NCBI GenBank assembly: GCA_036679605.1
Contig: JAZDCZ010000386.1
Coordinates: forward strand, 96,001 to 160,000
Source of the DNA: Gemmatimonadota bacterium
GTDB lineage: Bacteria; Gemmatimonadota; Gemmatimonadetes; Gemmatimonadales; GWC2-71-9
Reading direction: 5' to 3'
Length of the DNA stretch: 64,000 nucleotides
Notes under the pieces: model-generated
What the model was told of the DNA's origin: nothing
The model's database searches: none
What the model saw: only the letters and a program-made list of their open reading frames with translations
Part shown: positions 51,942-62,560 of the stretch, piece after piece
Position numbering within the stretch: position 1 is the stretch's first letter
How the letters are laid out: each line of letters begins with the position of its first letter
Position numbers and translations under genes: made by a program

Positions 51942-52030
51942 GGCGCGCCCGATTGGCGAACGGACTTCTGACACACTGGCACTGCGGCATTTTCTGACTC
52001 TCAGGGCCCAACCGCCCTATATTCTTGGGC

Positions 52031-53533
52031 ATGTCAAACGAGGTCATGATTGACGGGGAGTCGCTCTCCGTTGCAGACGTGGTAGCGGTTGCACGTGACC
52101 GCGCCCGAGTAACGATTTCCGACAAAGCGAAAACTGCGGCCGATCGCTCGCGCAACGCGGTCGAGAAGTTCATCGACGGCGGAGCGTCGCTGTACGGGGT
52201 CAATACCGGTTTCGGCAAACTGGCCGACACGAAGATCGCCAGTGACCAGTTAATCCAGTTGCAACGCAACCTGATTCGGAGTCACGTAGCCGGCGTGGGT
52301 TCGCCGCTACCTACCGAACTGGTCAGAGCCCTCATGCTGCTGCGTGCTAACGTCCTGCTGAAAGAAACCAGCGGTGTGCGCTCACTGCTTGCCGTGCGTT
52401 TGGCGGACCTGCTGAACGGTGGTATCCATCCGGTTGTGCCCGAGCAGGGTAGTGTCGGTGCGAGCGGCGACTTGGCTCCGCTGGCCCACGTGGCGCATGC
52501 GCTCATGGGCGAGGGTGAGGTAGACGTGGATGACGGGAGGCGGGTCCCGGCCTCGGAAGCCTTCACGGATGCGGGAATCGAGGCCGTCGAGTTCCAGGCC
52601 AAGGAGGGTCTCTCGTTCATCAACGGCACCCAGGCGCAATCGGGCATCCTTGCGCTCATGGTGCACGACGCGCGGAACTTGTGGCGTACCGCGCACGGTG
52701 CGGCGGCGATGAGTCTCGAGGCATTGAGAGGTACACCGGTGCCGTTCGATGCACGGATTCACCGCGTAAGACCCCACAAAGGCCAATCCGAGTCGGCCGA
52801 GATCATGCGCGAGTTGTTGGTGAACAGTGAGATCCGCGAGTCGCATAGAGAGAACGATTCTCGCGTTCAGGATGCCTACAGCCTGCGCTGTACGCCGCAG
52901 ATTCTGGGGCCGGTCAAGGACGCGATCGAGTTTGCGGCTGGTGTAATAGAGGTCGAACTCAATGCCGCAACGGACAATCCTTTGGTCTTTGGTGACGAAA
53001 TCTTGTCCGGCGGCAACTTCCACGGCCAACCGGTCGCTATGGCACTCGATTTCTTGGGAATCTCGCTCACTACTCTCGCGGGCCTATCCGAGCGACGTAT
53101 TGACCGCATGCTGAATACCGAAACGTCGCACGGGCTTCCCGCATTTCTCACTCACGATCCGGGTCTCCAGTCCGGGTTCATGATGGTACAAGTTACCGCT
53201 GCGGCCCTAGTGGCAGAATCACGGACTCTCTGCACTCCGGCGAGCGTCCAGTCGATTCCCACTGATGGTAATCAAGAGGATTATGTGCCGATGGGGATGG
53301 CTGCAGCGTTCAAGGCGCGCCGGATCTTGGCCAACGCCACTCGGGTGGTTGCTTGCGAACTGCTGGCTGGGGCGCAAGGTCTCGAGTTCTTGAAGCCCCT
53401 GCGCCCCGGCGACGGTGTCCGTCGAGTCTACGGGCGGGTGAGAAAGTTGGTATCGGCGCTGGAAGAAGATCGTCCGTTCACTCCAGACATCGAGTGCATG
53501 AGCGAACTCATAGGGCGGGAGTCGCTGATATGA
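52031..53533 (+). CDS. hutH: histidine ammonia-lyase
   Basis: [11 protein letters not shown] motif [25 protein letters not shown]; next to hutU and hutI. Confidence 0.95.
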   Translation: MSNEVMIDGESLSVADVVAVARDRARVTISDKAKTAADRSRNAVEKFIDGGASLYGVNTGFGKLADTKIASDQLIQLQRNLIRSHVAGVGSPLPTELVRALMLLRANVLLKETSGVRSLLAVRLADLLNGGIHPVVPEQGSVGASGDLAPLAHVAHALMGEGEVDVDDGRRVPASEAFTDAGIEAVEFQAKEGLSFINGTQAQSGILALMVHDARNLWRTAHGAAAMSLEALRGTPVPFDARIHRVRPHKGQSESAEIMRELLVNSEIRESHRENDSRVQDAYSLRCTPQILGPVKDAIEFAAGVIEVELNAATDNPLVFGDEILSGGNFHGQPVAMALDFLGISLTTLAGLSERRIDRMLNTETSHGLPAFLTHDPGLQSGFMMVQVTAAALVAESRTLCTPASVQSIPTDGNQEDYVPMGMAAAFKARRILANATRVVACELLAGAQGLEFLKPLRPGDGVRRVYGRVRKLVSALEEDRPFTPDIECMSELIGRESLI

Positions 53534-55197
53534 CTTTTACGGGCGCCCGGACGGTTCGAGCACCGCGAGGTTGCGACATTTCATGCCGTGGTTGGGTCCA
53601 GGAAGCGGCCCTCCGAATGTTGATGAACAATCTCGATCCGGAGGTCGCCGAACGCCCCGATGATCTGGTCGTTTATGGCGGAACCGGACGTGCGGCGCGC
53701 AGTTGGAAAGCCTTCGAGGCAATCTGTTCCAGCCTCAGGTCACTGGGCAACGATGAGACCTTGCTGATCCAGTCCGGGAAGCCCGTGGGAGTGTTCACCA
53801 CCCATGAGGACGCTCCGAGAGTTCTCATAGCCAACGCCAACCTGGTTGGTCGCTGGGCTACGTGGGAGAACTTCCGGGAGTTGGAACGCCAAGGGCTCAT
53901 CATGTACGGCCAGATGACAGCCGGCAGCTGGATCTATATCGGAACACAGGGAATTCTCCAGGGGACCTACGAGACACTCGGGGCGCTGGCCGAACGGCAC
54001 TTCGACGGGTCACTCAAGGGTAAGATCGTGCTTACCGGGGGGCTGGGTGGTATGGGTGGGGCCCAGCCGCTGGCGGCCACGATGAACGGCGCCGCGTTTC
54101 TCGGCATTGACGTCGACCCGTCACGCATCGAGCGACGAGTCGAGACGCGCTACATCGACGCCATAACCGATTCGCTCGACGACGCCTGGCGCATGGTGAC
54201 GGAAGCCCGCGATCGCGGCGAACCGCTATCCGTGGGACTGGTGGGCAACTGCGCCGAGCTACTGCCCGAAATCGAGAGCCGGGATTGGGTGCCGGACGTC
54301 CTTACCGATCAGACGTCGGCGCACGATCCGCTAAACGGATACGTACCGGCGGGACTGTCGCTGGACCAGGCGGCCCAACTGAGGACATCCGATCCCGATG
54401 AATACGTGGATCGCGCACGCGATTCCATTGCACGTCACGTTCGATCGATGTTGGCGCTCAAGAAACGCGGCGCGATCACATTCGACTACGGCAACAACAT
54501 CCGGACTGAGGCATTCGATCGCGGGGTTTCGGATGCATTCGACATTCCCGGCTTCGTGCCCGAGTACATTCGTCCTCTGTTCTGTCGCGGACAAGGCCCG
54601 TTTCGGTGGGTCGCCTTGTCGGGAGACCCCCAGGATATCTACCGGAGCGACGAGCTGGTGCTGGAGTTGTTTCCCAATAACGATCACCTCGTTCGGTGGA
54701 TGCGTCTCGCACGCGAAAAGGTCGCGTTTCAGGGACTGCCTGCAAGGATCTGCTGGCTGGGCCAGGGTGAGCGAGCACGCCTCGGACTCGCGATAAACGA
54801 TCTGGTCAAGAGTGGTGAGATAACCGCACCCATAGTTATTGGAAGAGATCATCTGGACACCGGTTCGGTGGCCTCACCGTTCCGGGAGACGGAGGGGATG
54901 AAGGACGGGTCGGATGCCATCGCCGACTGGGCCATTCTAAATGCACTGCTCAACACCGCGTCCGGCGCATCATGGGTTTCATTCCATCACGGCGGTGGAG
55001 TCGGCATCGGCAACAGCCTTCACGCCGGGCAAGTGATCGTTGCCGATGGGACCGAGGCCGCCGCCCGCAGACTCAACCGCGTACTCACCAATGATCCTGG
55101 CATCGGCGTCGCACGGCACGCGGACGCCGGCTATTCCGAAGCGATCGAGGCAGCTCAACGACACGGGATTTCGATTCCGATGCGGGAGATTGAGTGA
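53530..55197 (+). CDS. hutU: urocanate hydratase
   Basis: [35 protein letters not shown]; start ATG 53530. Confidence 0.97.
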   Translation: MTFTGARTVRAPRGCDISCRGWVQEAALRMLMNNLDPEVAERPDDLVVYGGTGRAARSWKAFEAICSSLRSLGNDETLLIQSGKPVGVFTTHEDAPRVLIANANLVGRWATWENFRELERQGLIMYGQMTAGSWIYIGTQGILQGTYETLGALAERHFDGSLKGKIVLTGGLGGMGGAQPLAATMNGAAFLGIDVDPSRIERRVETRYIDAITDSLDDAWRMVTEARDRGEPLSVGLVGNCAELLPEIESRDWVPDVLTDQTSAHDPLNGYVPAGLSLDQAAQLRTSDPDEYVDRARDSIARHVRSMLALKKRGAITFDYGNNIRTEAFDRGVSDAFDIPGFVPEYIRPLFCRGQGPFRWVALSGDPQDIYRSDELVLELFPNNDHLVRWMRLAREKVAFQGLPARICWLGQGERARLGLAINDLVKSGEITAPIVIGRDHLDTGSVASPFRETEGMKDGSDAIADWAILNALLNTASGASWVSFHHGGGVGIGNSLHAGQVIVADGTEAAARRLNRVLTNDPGIGVARHADAGYSEAIEAAQRHGISIPMREIE

Positions 55198-56459
55198 GCG
55201 TTCTCCTTGAGGGGGCGAGCCAGGTGGTCACGTGCCGCGGACCGGCGCGGGCTCGGCGCGGAAACGAGATGGCCCAACTCGACGTCATCGATCGGGGCGT
55301 GGTTGTTCTGGATGGTGACCGTATCGCTGCTGTTGGGACCTATCAGGATCTAAGACGCGAGCATCCCGATGCGGAAGTCCTCGAAGTCGAGGGAGTTCTT
55401 TTTCCCGGTTTTGTGGACTGTCACACCCACTCCGTTTTCGGAGCGGCCCGACTGGAAGACCACGAGCGGCGCGCACGAGGAATCGGGTACAAGGACATAG
55501 CCGCGGCCGGTGGTGGAATACTAGCGTCGGTGCGCGACGTTAGATCTCGAACGGTAGAGCAGTTGGCCCAACTGCTCGGAACGCGCCTGGATCGGCTGGT
55601 GGCTTGTGGTACCACGACGGTTGAGGTGAAAAGCGGCTATGGCCTCACGTTGGAGTCGGAACTCGCCCAACTCGAGGCTATCAAACGCGTGTCCCTCAAC
55701 TCCGGTCCGTCTCTGATAGCTACGTTTCTGGGAGCACACGAAGTACCTCCCGAATTCCGCGGTCACACCGACGAATATGTTGAAGCGGTGGTAAGCGAGA
55801 TGCTGCCGGCGGTGGAGCGGCAGGGCGTGGCGCGGTTTTGTGATGTATTCTGTGAGCCTGGCGTATTTACTGTCGCACAATCTCGCCAAGTGTTGAGTGC
55901 GGCTCGCAGCCATGGACTCGGCCTCAAGCTCCACGCTGATGAGTTGGACGGGTCTGGTGGCGCCGAGTTGGCCGTTGAACTCGCTGCGGTTAGTGCCGAC
56001 CATCTGGCTGCCATATCCGACGCAGGTATCGCGGGGCTCGGAGCGTCGGATACGGTCGCGGCGCTGCTTCCTGGTACCATGCTGTTCCTTGGCAGTCGCA
56101 GGCAGGCGCCCGCCCGGCGATTGATTGAAGGGGGAGCCTCAGTTGCCTTGGCGACCGACTTCAATCCGGGAAGCTCTCCCGGAGTGAGCCTCCCGCTGAT
56201 GGCTACGCTCGGCGTGTCTCAGCTGGGTATGATCCCTGCTGAATCCGTGATAGCCATTACAGTGAACGGAGCCGCCGCGGTGGGAACCGCCGATTCTCGC
56301 GGGCAGATTGCGCCGGGAATGAGGGCAGATCTGGCGTTAGCCAGCGTGCGAGACTGGCGAGAGCTACCTTATTGGTACGGTGTCAACTTGATCAGTGAAG
56401 TGTGGATTGGAGGAGTGGCTTGTCACCCGCTGGAGTGCCCCATAGTTTCGTTAGGCTAG
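55194..56459 (+). CDS. hutI: imidazolonepropionase
   Basis: [27 protein letters not shown]. Confidence 0.95.
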   Translation: MSVLLEGASQVVTCRGPARARRGNEMAQLDVIDRGVVVLDGDRIAAVGTYQDLRREHPDAEVLEVEGVLFPGFVDCHTHSVFGAARLEDHERRARGIGYKDIAAAGGGILASVRDVRSRTVEQLAQLLGTRLDRLVACGTTTVEVKSGYGLTLESELAQLEAIKRVSLNSGPSLIATFLGAHEVPPEFRGHTDEYVEAVVSEMLPAVERQGVARFCDVFCEPGVFTVAQSRQVLSAARSHGLGLKLHADELDGSGGAELAVELAAVSADHLAAISDAGIAGLGASDTVAALLPGTMLFLGSRRQAPARRLIEGGASVALATDFNPGSSPGVSLPLMATLGVSQLGMIPAESVIAITVNGAAAVGTADSRGQIAPGMRADLALASVRDWRELPYWYGVNLISEVWIGGVACHPLECPIVSLG

Positions 56460-56499
56460 GGCCGGTTCATACCAAATTTCGTAGCGTCCGAGGTTTATC

Positions 56500-58959
56500 C
56501 TGAATATCGATAAGGCAAAAGAAAAAGCCCGCAAACTCGAACTCAAAGGTCAGACCGACAAGGCCATAGACCTTTACGCCAAGATCCTCCAAGAGTTAGA
56601 GGGCACTCCGGAGTTATCCAGCGAGCTCGGGCTCTACAACAAGCTTGGCGACCTTTACGTTAAGGCGGGTGAGGTTCAAGCTGGCGTTGAGCGGTATGAG
56701 GCCGCAGTAGGATACTACGCCGACCAGGGCTTACCCAACAACGCAATTGCCTTGTGCAACAAAGTGCTGCGCAATGCTCCGGGCAGGACTCACATGTATC
56801 TCAAGCTTGCAAAGTTGATGATGCAGCGCGGTTTCATAGCTGAGGCGAAGCAGAATCTGCTCGAGTATGCCGAGCGGATGCAAAAGGACGGACAGGTGGA
56901 GGAGGCGTTTCGGGCACTAAAAGAATTTGCCGATCTGTCACCCGCAAGCGAAGAGATCCGCCTCATGCTGGCCGAGCAGCTCAAGAATGCCGCTCGCACA
57001 GACGAGGCGAGAGAGCAACTCGCCAAGCTCTACCACGAAATCGAGTCGAGCAAGGACTCTCCTCGGAAGCGCTCGACCGTCGAGCGCATGAGGGCCATAG
57101 ACCCAGAGTACGACCTCGACAGCGCCCCAGCGCCAAAGCGGAAGGGGAAAAAGCAGGAGAAGACTTCGGACATCGTCTTTCTCGACTTGAACGAAGAAGC
57201 TTCGGTGGTTTCGGGAGAAGTGTCTGAGCCCGTTGACGTGGAGCCGGAGCCGTTGGACATAGAACGCACGGCGCTGGACGAGGGTGACGAGGTCTTGGAG
57301 GTCGCCGATCCGCCGACCGATCTGCATGTGGAGCGTGCTTCGGTGGAGATCACTGCGAGCGACATCAACGCGGCGATGACGGATGCGGAAGACGTAGATG
57401 GCCTCGAAATGGAGGAACCATTTGAGGCACCGGACATGTCGACGGGAAGTGGCTTGGAGGTCGAAAGTACGGCCTTGGTGGACTCGATCGAGACTCCCGA
57501 GGTGGAGGCACTGGAAACGGAAGCGATGGTTGCCGGAGGTGATGAGCAGCTGGCAGACGATATCGCGGAGTTACCAGATCTCGAGGGGGTAGCTGACACC
57601 GAGGATGAGCCCCCCGAAGGCGGCGATCTCCCATTGCTGGAAATTCCGGAGAGCGCAGAGGCGCCAGCAGGTGAGACCATCGATTTCTCCGAAGACATCG
57701 ACTTGGGCGACATCGATGACGATGCGGGAATCGAGGTGCCTGAGCTGGATATGGACTTTGGCGTGGCCGACCTGCCCCTGCTGGATTCGGACGAAGCCCC
57801 GGAGGTGGAGCCAGAACCAGTAGCTGCAACGGATGACGCACTGATTCTCGCGGACACCGAATTTGGTCCGGCGCCGGAAACGGGCCCGCCGGATATCGAT
57901 GCCCTCGAGTCCAGTGTGTTGGACGATCCCGACGCGCCCGGACCTCACCGCGATCTGGCCGAAGCGCTGATCGAGTTGGGCGAGCGCGACCGCGGGCTCC
58001 AGGAATTGGACATAGCCCTCGCGCAGTACCAGGAATCGGGCGACCGGGCCTCTGCGGACTCGATCAACGAGGAGATACTCAGGCTCGAACCCAACAGCAT
58101 CGCACACCATCGTAGGAGGGTGGAGTATGTGGTCGGCGGTGGTGACGCCTCGAAAGTGATCAGCGCCCACGTAGAACTCGCCGACGCGCTGGTGCGGTCG
58201 GGAATGCTCGACGATGCGCTGAAGGTCTATGAGGCTATTCTCGAGCAGGATGCAGAGAACGAACGTGCCAAAGCCGCCATAGATACGCTCAAGCCGTTTG
58301 AGGAGATCGAAGTTCCCGCAGATGTTGTCAGCACGGACGATCGGCCGGAGGTCGCGGAGGCGGAAGTCGCGGAGGTTGAGGAGGTTGAGGAGGTTGAACC
58401 GGCTGTCGAAGAGCCGGTCGCTGACGCAAGCGGTTTCGTTGATCTGGGTGCCTTGATCCTCGAGGACGAGGGCGTCAAAGATACGCGCATGCGCATCGAT
58501 CACGCCGTGTCAGATCCTAATGAGCAGCAAGACTTCCAGGATATGCTCTCGGAGTTCAAGAAGGGCATCGATGCGAACGTGGAACTCGACGACTCGCAGG
58601 CTCATTATGATTTGGGAGTGGCTTTCAAGGAGATGGGCTTGCTGGATGAAGCGATATCTGAGTTCCAGAAGGCGCTGCGTGGTGCAGACGGGCGCCTCAG
58701 GACATCAGAGGCTCTAGGAATGTGTTTTCACGAAAAAGGCCAGTTCGCCGTGGCGGTCACGGTGCTCAGACGTGCCATAGAGGCGGAGCCCGGAGCCGAT
58801 GATGAGAAAATCGGATTGCTCTATTGGCTGGCCCGAAGCGAGGAGGAACAAGGTCATGCAGAGCCGGCCCTGTCATATTATCAGCGGGTCTTCTCCATAG
58901 ACATTGCGTTCCAGGACGTAAACGAGCGCGTCAAGGCTCTGACCGAGGCGGGCAGCTAG
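56500..58959 (+). CDS. large TPR protein with long acidic linker; probable CTG start
   Basis: Frame open from TAG at 56482; TPR-like sequence starts 84 codons upstream of the track start; C-terminal HYDLGVAFKEMGLLDEAISEFQKA. Confidence 0.8.
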   Translation: MNIDKAKEKARKLELKGQTDKAIDLYAKILQELEGTPELSSELGLYNKLGDLYVKAGEVQAGVERYEAAVGYYADQGLPNNAIALCNKVLRNAPGRTHMYLKLAKLMMQRGFIAEAKQNLLEYAERMQKDGQVEEAFRALKEFADLSPASEEIRLMLAEQLKNAARTDEAREQLAKLYHEIESSKDSPRKRSTVERMRAIDPEYDLDSAPAPKRKGKKQEKTSDIVFLDLNEEASVVSGEVSEPVDVEPEPLDIERTALDEGDEVLEVADPPTDLHVERASVEITASDINAAMTDAEDVDGLEMEEPFEAPDMSTGSGLEVESTALVDSIETPEVEALETEAMVAGGDEQLADDIAELPDLEGVADTEDEPPEGGDLPLLEIPESAEAPAGETIDFSEDIDLGDIDDDAGIEVPELDMDFGVADLPLLDSDEAPEVEPEPVAATDDALILADTEFGPAPETGPPDIDALESSVLDDPDAPGPHRDLAEALIELGERDRGLQELDIALAQYQESGDRASADSINEEILRLEPNSIAHHRRRVEYVVGGGDASKVISAHVELADALVRSGMLDDALKVYEAILEQDAENERAKAAIDTLKPFEEIEVPADVVSTDDRPEVAEAEVAEVEEVEEVEPAVEEPVADASGFVDLGALILEDEGVKDTRMRIDHAVSDPNEQQDFQDMLSEFKKGIDANVELDDSQAHYDLGVAFKEMGLLDEAISEFQKALRGADGRLRTSEALGMCFHEKGQFAVAVTVLRRAIEAEPGADDEKIGLLYWLARSEEEQGHAEPALSYYQRVFSIDIAFQDVNERVKALTEAGS
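58372..58398 (+). repeat. 9-nt in-frame tandem repeat (GAGGTTGAG x3, EVE)
   Basis: Directly visible; last unit ends GAA. Confidence 0.75.
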
Positions 58960-58963
58960 CTGA

Positions 58964-59962
58964 ATGGGAACTCCGCTTACTGCGGTTCAGCGCCTCAGCT
59001 TGGCGGCTATTCTAGAGCCGGTGCAGAGCGAACTCGATGATGTATTCGAGGAACTCCGGCGGATAGTGAAGTCAGATCTTGACCTGATCGATGGTGTCAA
59101 CCACTACCTGCTCAAGATCAAGGGTAAGATGTTTCGGCCGGCCCTGGTTCTGCTAGCGGCGAAGAGCGTGGGAACGGTCTCCAGGCGTGAGATCACCCTT
59201 GCAGCGGTCGTAGAGCTGATCCACCTAGCCACCCTGATCCATGACGATTCAGTCGACCATTCGGTCCTGAGGCGCGGTCAGCCGACCGTTAACTCGCACT
59301 TCAGCCATGAGATCGCGGTGATTATGGGAGATTACCTCTATTCCCGCGCAATCGAAGTATTGGTGCGATTGGACTCACTTGAGCCCCTGCGCATCATGAG
59401 TCGCGTCACCAATGAACTCACTGTGGGAGAGATGCGCGAGGTCGTAGCGCAGAAGTCGCTCAGTTTCTCAGAGACCGATTATGAGGCTCTAATCAAGGCC
59501 AAGACGGCATCTCTCATGGCCGGGGCGTGTGAGGTAGGATCGTTGGTGGGAGATCCCACCTACAGACAGCCGCTCAAACGCTATGGCCTTCACCTGGGAA
59601 TGGCGTTTCAGATCGTCGACGACGTGCTCGACTACGCCGAGAGTGAAGTTGTAACAGGCAAACCCAATTGGCAGGATCTACGGGAGCACAAGATCACACT
59701 GCCACTAATCGTAGCGCTTCCGCTAATGAGCGCCTCGGAGCGGAGCCAGGTGGAGGAGCTGATGGCCGATCCCGACCCATCGGACGAAATAATTGGATCT
59801 GTCGTCAGTGTGGTCGATGGACATGGCGGAATTGAGCTAAGTCGGGAGCGTGCGCGGCAACTGGTCCGGAGGGCCGAAGCGGAACTTGCCGTCCTGCCGG
59901 CGGGGTGCGCCCGCGACGCGCTACTCGAATGCGTGATCTATTCGGTGGAGAGGAGACACTAG
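58964..59962 (+). CDS. polyprenyl diphosphate synthase (IspB/HepT-like)
   Basis: GKMFRP, LIHDDSVD...RRG, KTA, FQIVDDVLD. Confidence 0.92.
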   Translation: MGTPLTAVQRLSLAAILEPVQSELDDVFEELRRIVKSDLDLIDGVNHYLLKIKGKMFRPALVLLAAKSVGTVSRREITLAAVVELIHLATLIHDDSVDHSVLRRGQPTVNSHFSHEIAVIMGDYLYSRAIEVLVRLDSLEPLRIMSRVTNELTVGEMREVVAQKSLSFSETDYEALIKAKTASLMAGACEVGSLVGDPTYRQPLKRYGLHLGMAFQIVDDVLDYAESEVVTGKPNWQDLREHKITLPLIVALPLMSASERSQVEELMADPDPSDEIIGSVVSVVDGHGGIELSRERARQLVRRAEAELAVLPAGCARDALLECVIYSVERRH

Positions 59963-59965
59963 ACA

Positions 59966-60238
59966 GTGGCGTTGGGACCCCGTAAGCCGTTATTTTACAT
60001 GGGCGTCCTGTCTCTCGGGTTTGTCTTCGGCGGCTTCCTGTCGGCATTGCTCGACTGGTTTCTGCCGGAGAGCCCTGCGAAGCAGTTTTTTACCTGGACG
60101 GTGACGCCGTCGATCGGCCCGCTGCATGCAGATTTCTTGATCTTCAGTGCGACGGTAGGGCCGGTCGCGTTGCGCGTGTCGCTATTGGGCCTGGTCGGAA
60201 TAGTCCTGGCCTACATGCTGGCGCGGTCTCTTTTCTAG
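59966..60238 (+). CDS. small membrane protein (DUF4321-like)
   Basis: 90 aa, two hydrophobic segments, tightly packed in operon. Confidence 0.65.
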   Translation: MALGPRKPLFYMGVLSLGFVFGGFLSALLDWFLPESPAKQFFTWTVTPSIGPLHADFLIFSATVGPVALRVSLLGLVGIVLAYMLARSLF

Positions 60239-60248
60239 CGAGGCTGTT

Positions 60249-60488
60249 ATGCTGCCAAACATCGGAATACCAGAACTCTTAATTATTCTGGTCGTGGTGC
60301 TACTAGTCTTCGGCGCCAAACGGCTGCCCGAGATGGGGTCGGCCATGGGGAAGGGCATCAGGGAGTTCAAGCGCGGCATCAAAGATGTGACGAAGAGCAT
60401 CGATGAGAGTGTCGACGATATCCCAACTCCCCGGAACATCGACGCGTCGATGTCCTCCGATGGAGAACCCAAGAAACTGAGTGAATAA
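60249..60488 (+). CDS. tatA: twin-arginine translocase TatA/E
   Basis: [33 protein letters not shown]. Confidence 0.95.
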   Translation: MLPNIGIPELLIILVVVLLVFGAKRLPEMGSAMGKGIREFKRGIKDVTKSIDESVDDIPTPRNIDASMSSDGEPKKLSE

Positions 60489-60489
60489 G

Positions 60490-60515
60490 CCGACGGGGTC
60501 TTGAAGCCCCCGTCG
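60490..60515. terminator. hairpin between convergent tatA and PPIase genes (probable terminator)
   Basis: CCGACGGGG...CCCCGTCGG 9-bp stem; weak U tracts. Confidence 0.6.
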
Positions 60516-60523
60516 GATTCCTG

Positions 60524-62395
60524 CTAGAATCCCCGGGTGTTGGGCGCGGGACTTTGCCCGAAGGGCAGGGCCGGTTGCGCCCGCTGTGCCCGCGCTAACT
60601 CCTTGCGATTATCCTTCACCTTGGCGTCGTCCCGGAGGGCGGCCACCAGAAGCTGCACTCTTATCTGTCGAGCCTGCTGTAGGATCTGATTTCTGAAGTC
60701 ATCCAGGCCTTCGACGAACGCCGTGCTGTCTGCCCTGTGTCTCCCGGTCGGCTGGATGAAAAATATTGCCTGGTCGGTTTTTATCGGGCCGCTGATTTGG
60801 TCAACCGCCACCCCAAAAGCGACCCCCACGGCTTCGGGAGCTGCCCCCAGCGCGGGACTTGGCTGGCCACGAGTGAACGACTTCAGGGCGGTAGGTGCCA
60901 GACCGTACTTGATCGCGACATTGACCAATGCCATGCCGCCCTTGAGGTCCGAATCAACCTGCCGGGCGAGTTCTTCGGCCTTGACCCATTTCTTGGCCGC
61001 CTTGGCCTCTGCCGTAACACGGTCCCTTATATCGTTCAGCGGGGCTACTCCCGCCGATTCCAACGAATCGAGGCGAAATACGTAGAAGGCGTGGTCCGTT
61101 TCGATCACTGGAGAAGTCTCGTCTTCGATCGCTTCAAATGCCCAAATACCCACGTCTGATACAGGATAACGGCCGATTCGCATCTGAGACCGTTCCATCA
61201 CCGGCGGGGCCTGGGAAACGGGGACACCCAGTCTGTCTGCTGTATCGTCGAGTGCGGTTGGATCGTCCTGCTCAGCCGCGTAGAGATCCATCGTGTCTCC
61301 GCGCGACTCCACGATCCGGAGGTGCTCACCCTCGAGTTCTATCGGGATCAGAATGTGGCGTGCATGGTACTCGTCCGTGCCCTTTGACTCCAACCGGATC
61401 AGGTGATAGCCAAATTGGGTTAACACCGGGTCGGATATCTCGCCGGGTTTGAGTGCCATTGCGGCGTCGGAAAACGGAGAGACGTGGGTGCCCACGGGCG
61501 TCTGGCCCAAGTCGCCGCCGTCTTGACGGCTACCAGAATCCGCCGACTCGCGCGCCGCAATCTCGGCAAAGTCGCCGCCGGCCGCGAGTTCGTTCAAGAT
61601 GTCGCGAGCCCGAGCTGAGGCCACCGCTGTATCGGGGGCATTGGGCTCACGGGAGACTTGAATAAAACTCGTATACGCGATTGCCGGACGCTGGTAGTCG
61701 TCGCTGTGGCTGCGGTAATACGCTTTCAGCTCTTGGTCGGTGACTTCGATCTCGTCGTCGGTGGCCGTCAGTTGCGGCAGGATAGTGATCACTCTGGCCG
61801 CCACCGAATCGTTCAGATCTTGGTAGATCTTCCACAACTTTGAGTCGGGCACATAGATGTCTGCCGTGATCCGCTGGAATAACTTGGCTCTCGGCAGCTC
61901 GTCTCGGTAGCGGGATTCCAGCGCGAAAAGAAACGCAGGGTCGGTCTGTGACTGTAGGTAGCGCTGGTATTTGGCCATGTCGAATTGGCCATCTGTCTGG
62001 AACGACGGGATACCAAACATCTCAGGAGGCGGTGATGTCATTGCAGCGTCCCGGATCTCGTCGTCGGTCACCGTAATGCCACGGCGCTCGTACTCATCAT
62101 CCAACGCTATCTGCTGCACCATGCTCTCCAGGACCTGGTCTTCCAGCGCGCGCTGCTCGTCCAGGGTATAGAGCGGGGTTCCTTGCTGGCGGTATTGGTC
62201 TTGGGCGTTTCTAACTGCCCCGTAAAACGTCTGGACATCGATTTTGCGGCCGTTGATACTGGCTACCGCGTCGGTCACGCTAGGACCGCTTGACCCCGTC
62301 AGGTCCATTCCAACCTGGAAGACCATCCAGCCGACGAAACTCACGGCAACGATGCCCATGATCCATTTCGCACTGGCACGCATTGTTCGCATCAT
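60524..62395 (-). CDS. SurA/PpiD-like membrane-anchored peptidyl-prolyl isomerase
   Basis: N-terminal TM, SurA_N-like region, parvulin FAEIAARESAD..GGDLG..TQFGYHLI. Confidence 0.88.
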   Translation of the reverse strand: MMRTMRASAKWIMGIVAVSFVGWMVFQVGMDLTGSSGPSVTDAVASINGRKIDVQTFYGAVRNAQDQYRQQGTPLYTLDEQRALEDQVLESMVQQIALDDEYERRGITVTDDEIRDAAMTSPPPEMFGIPSFQTDGQFDMAKYQRYLQSQTDPAFLFALESRYRDELPRAKLFQRITADIYVPDSKLWKIYQDLNDSVAARVITILPQLTATDDEIEVTDQELKAYYRSHSDDYQRPAIAYTSFIQVSREPNAPDTAVASARARDILNELAAGGDFAEIAARESADSGSRQDGGDLGQTPVGTHVSPFSDAAMALKPGEISDPVLTQFGYHLIRLESKGTDEYHARHILIPIELEGEHLRIVESRGDTMDLYAAEQDDPTALDDTADRLGVPVSQAPPVMERSQMRIGRYPVSDVGIWAFEAIEDETSPVIETDHAFYVFRLDSLESAGVAPLNDIRDRVTAEAKAAKKWVKAEELARQVDSDLKGGMALVNVAIKYGLAPTALKSFTRGQPSPALGAAPEAVGVAFGVAVDQISGPIKTDQAIFFIQPTGRHRADSTAFVEGLDDFRNQILQQARQIRVQLLVAALRDDAKVKDNRKELARAQRAQPALPFGQSPAPNTRGF

Positions 62396-62441
62396 AGGCT
62401 TGTCATCCCTCGCACGAGTTCATTCTCCCAAAGAGCGGGTA

Positions 62442-62470
62442 AGTCTAAGTGAGATAAGGGGCAAACTCAA
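62442..62470 (-). promoter_or_regulatory. putative sigma70 promoter for PPIase gene
   Basis: TTGAGT-N17-TAGACT on the minus strand. Confidence 0.55.
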
Positions 62471-62491
62471 GTTAGATACACCTGTTTCAGG

Positions 62492-62520
62492 TTGAAGTTT
62501 TCCCCCGTAGAGACTAAGTT
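62492..62520 (+). promoter_or_regulatory. putative sigma70 promoter for TPR gene
   Basis: TTGAAG-N17-TAAGTT. Confidence 0.5.
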
Positions 62521-62560
62521 CGGAGGCGATTCCTCCCTCTGACCCAGTACCGGCGGCTAG

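Noticed and set aside
57030..58503. Long minus-strand ORFs here and at 62929-63870
   Set aside because: Antisense shadows of Glu/Asp-rich low-complexity coding sequence
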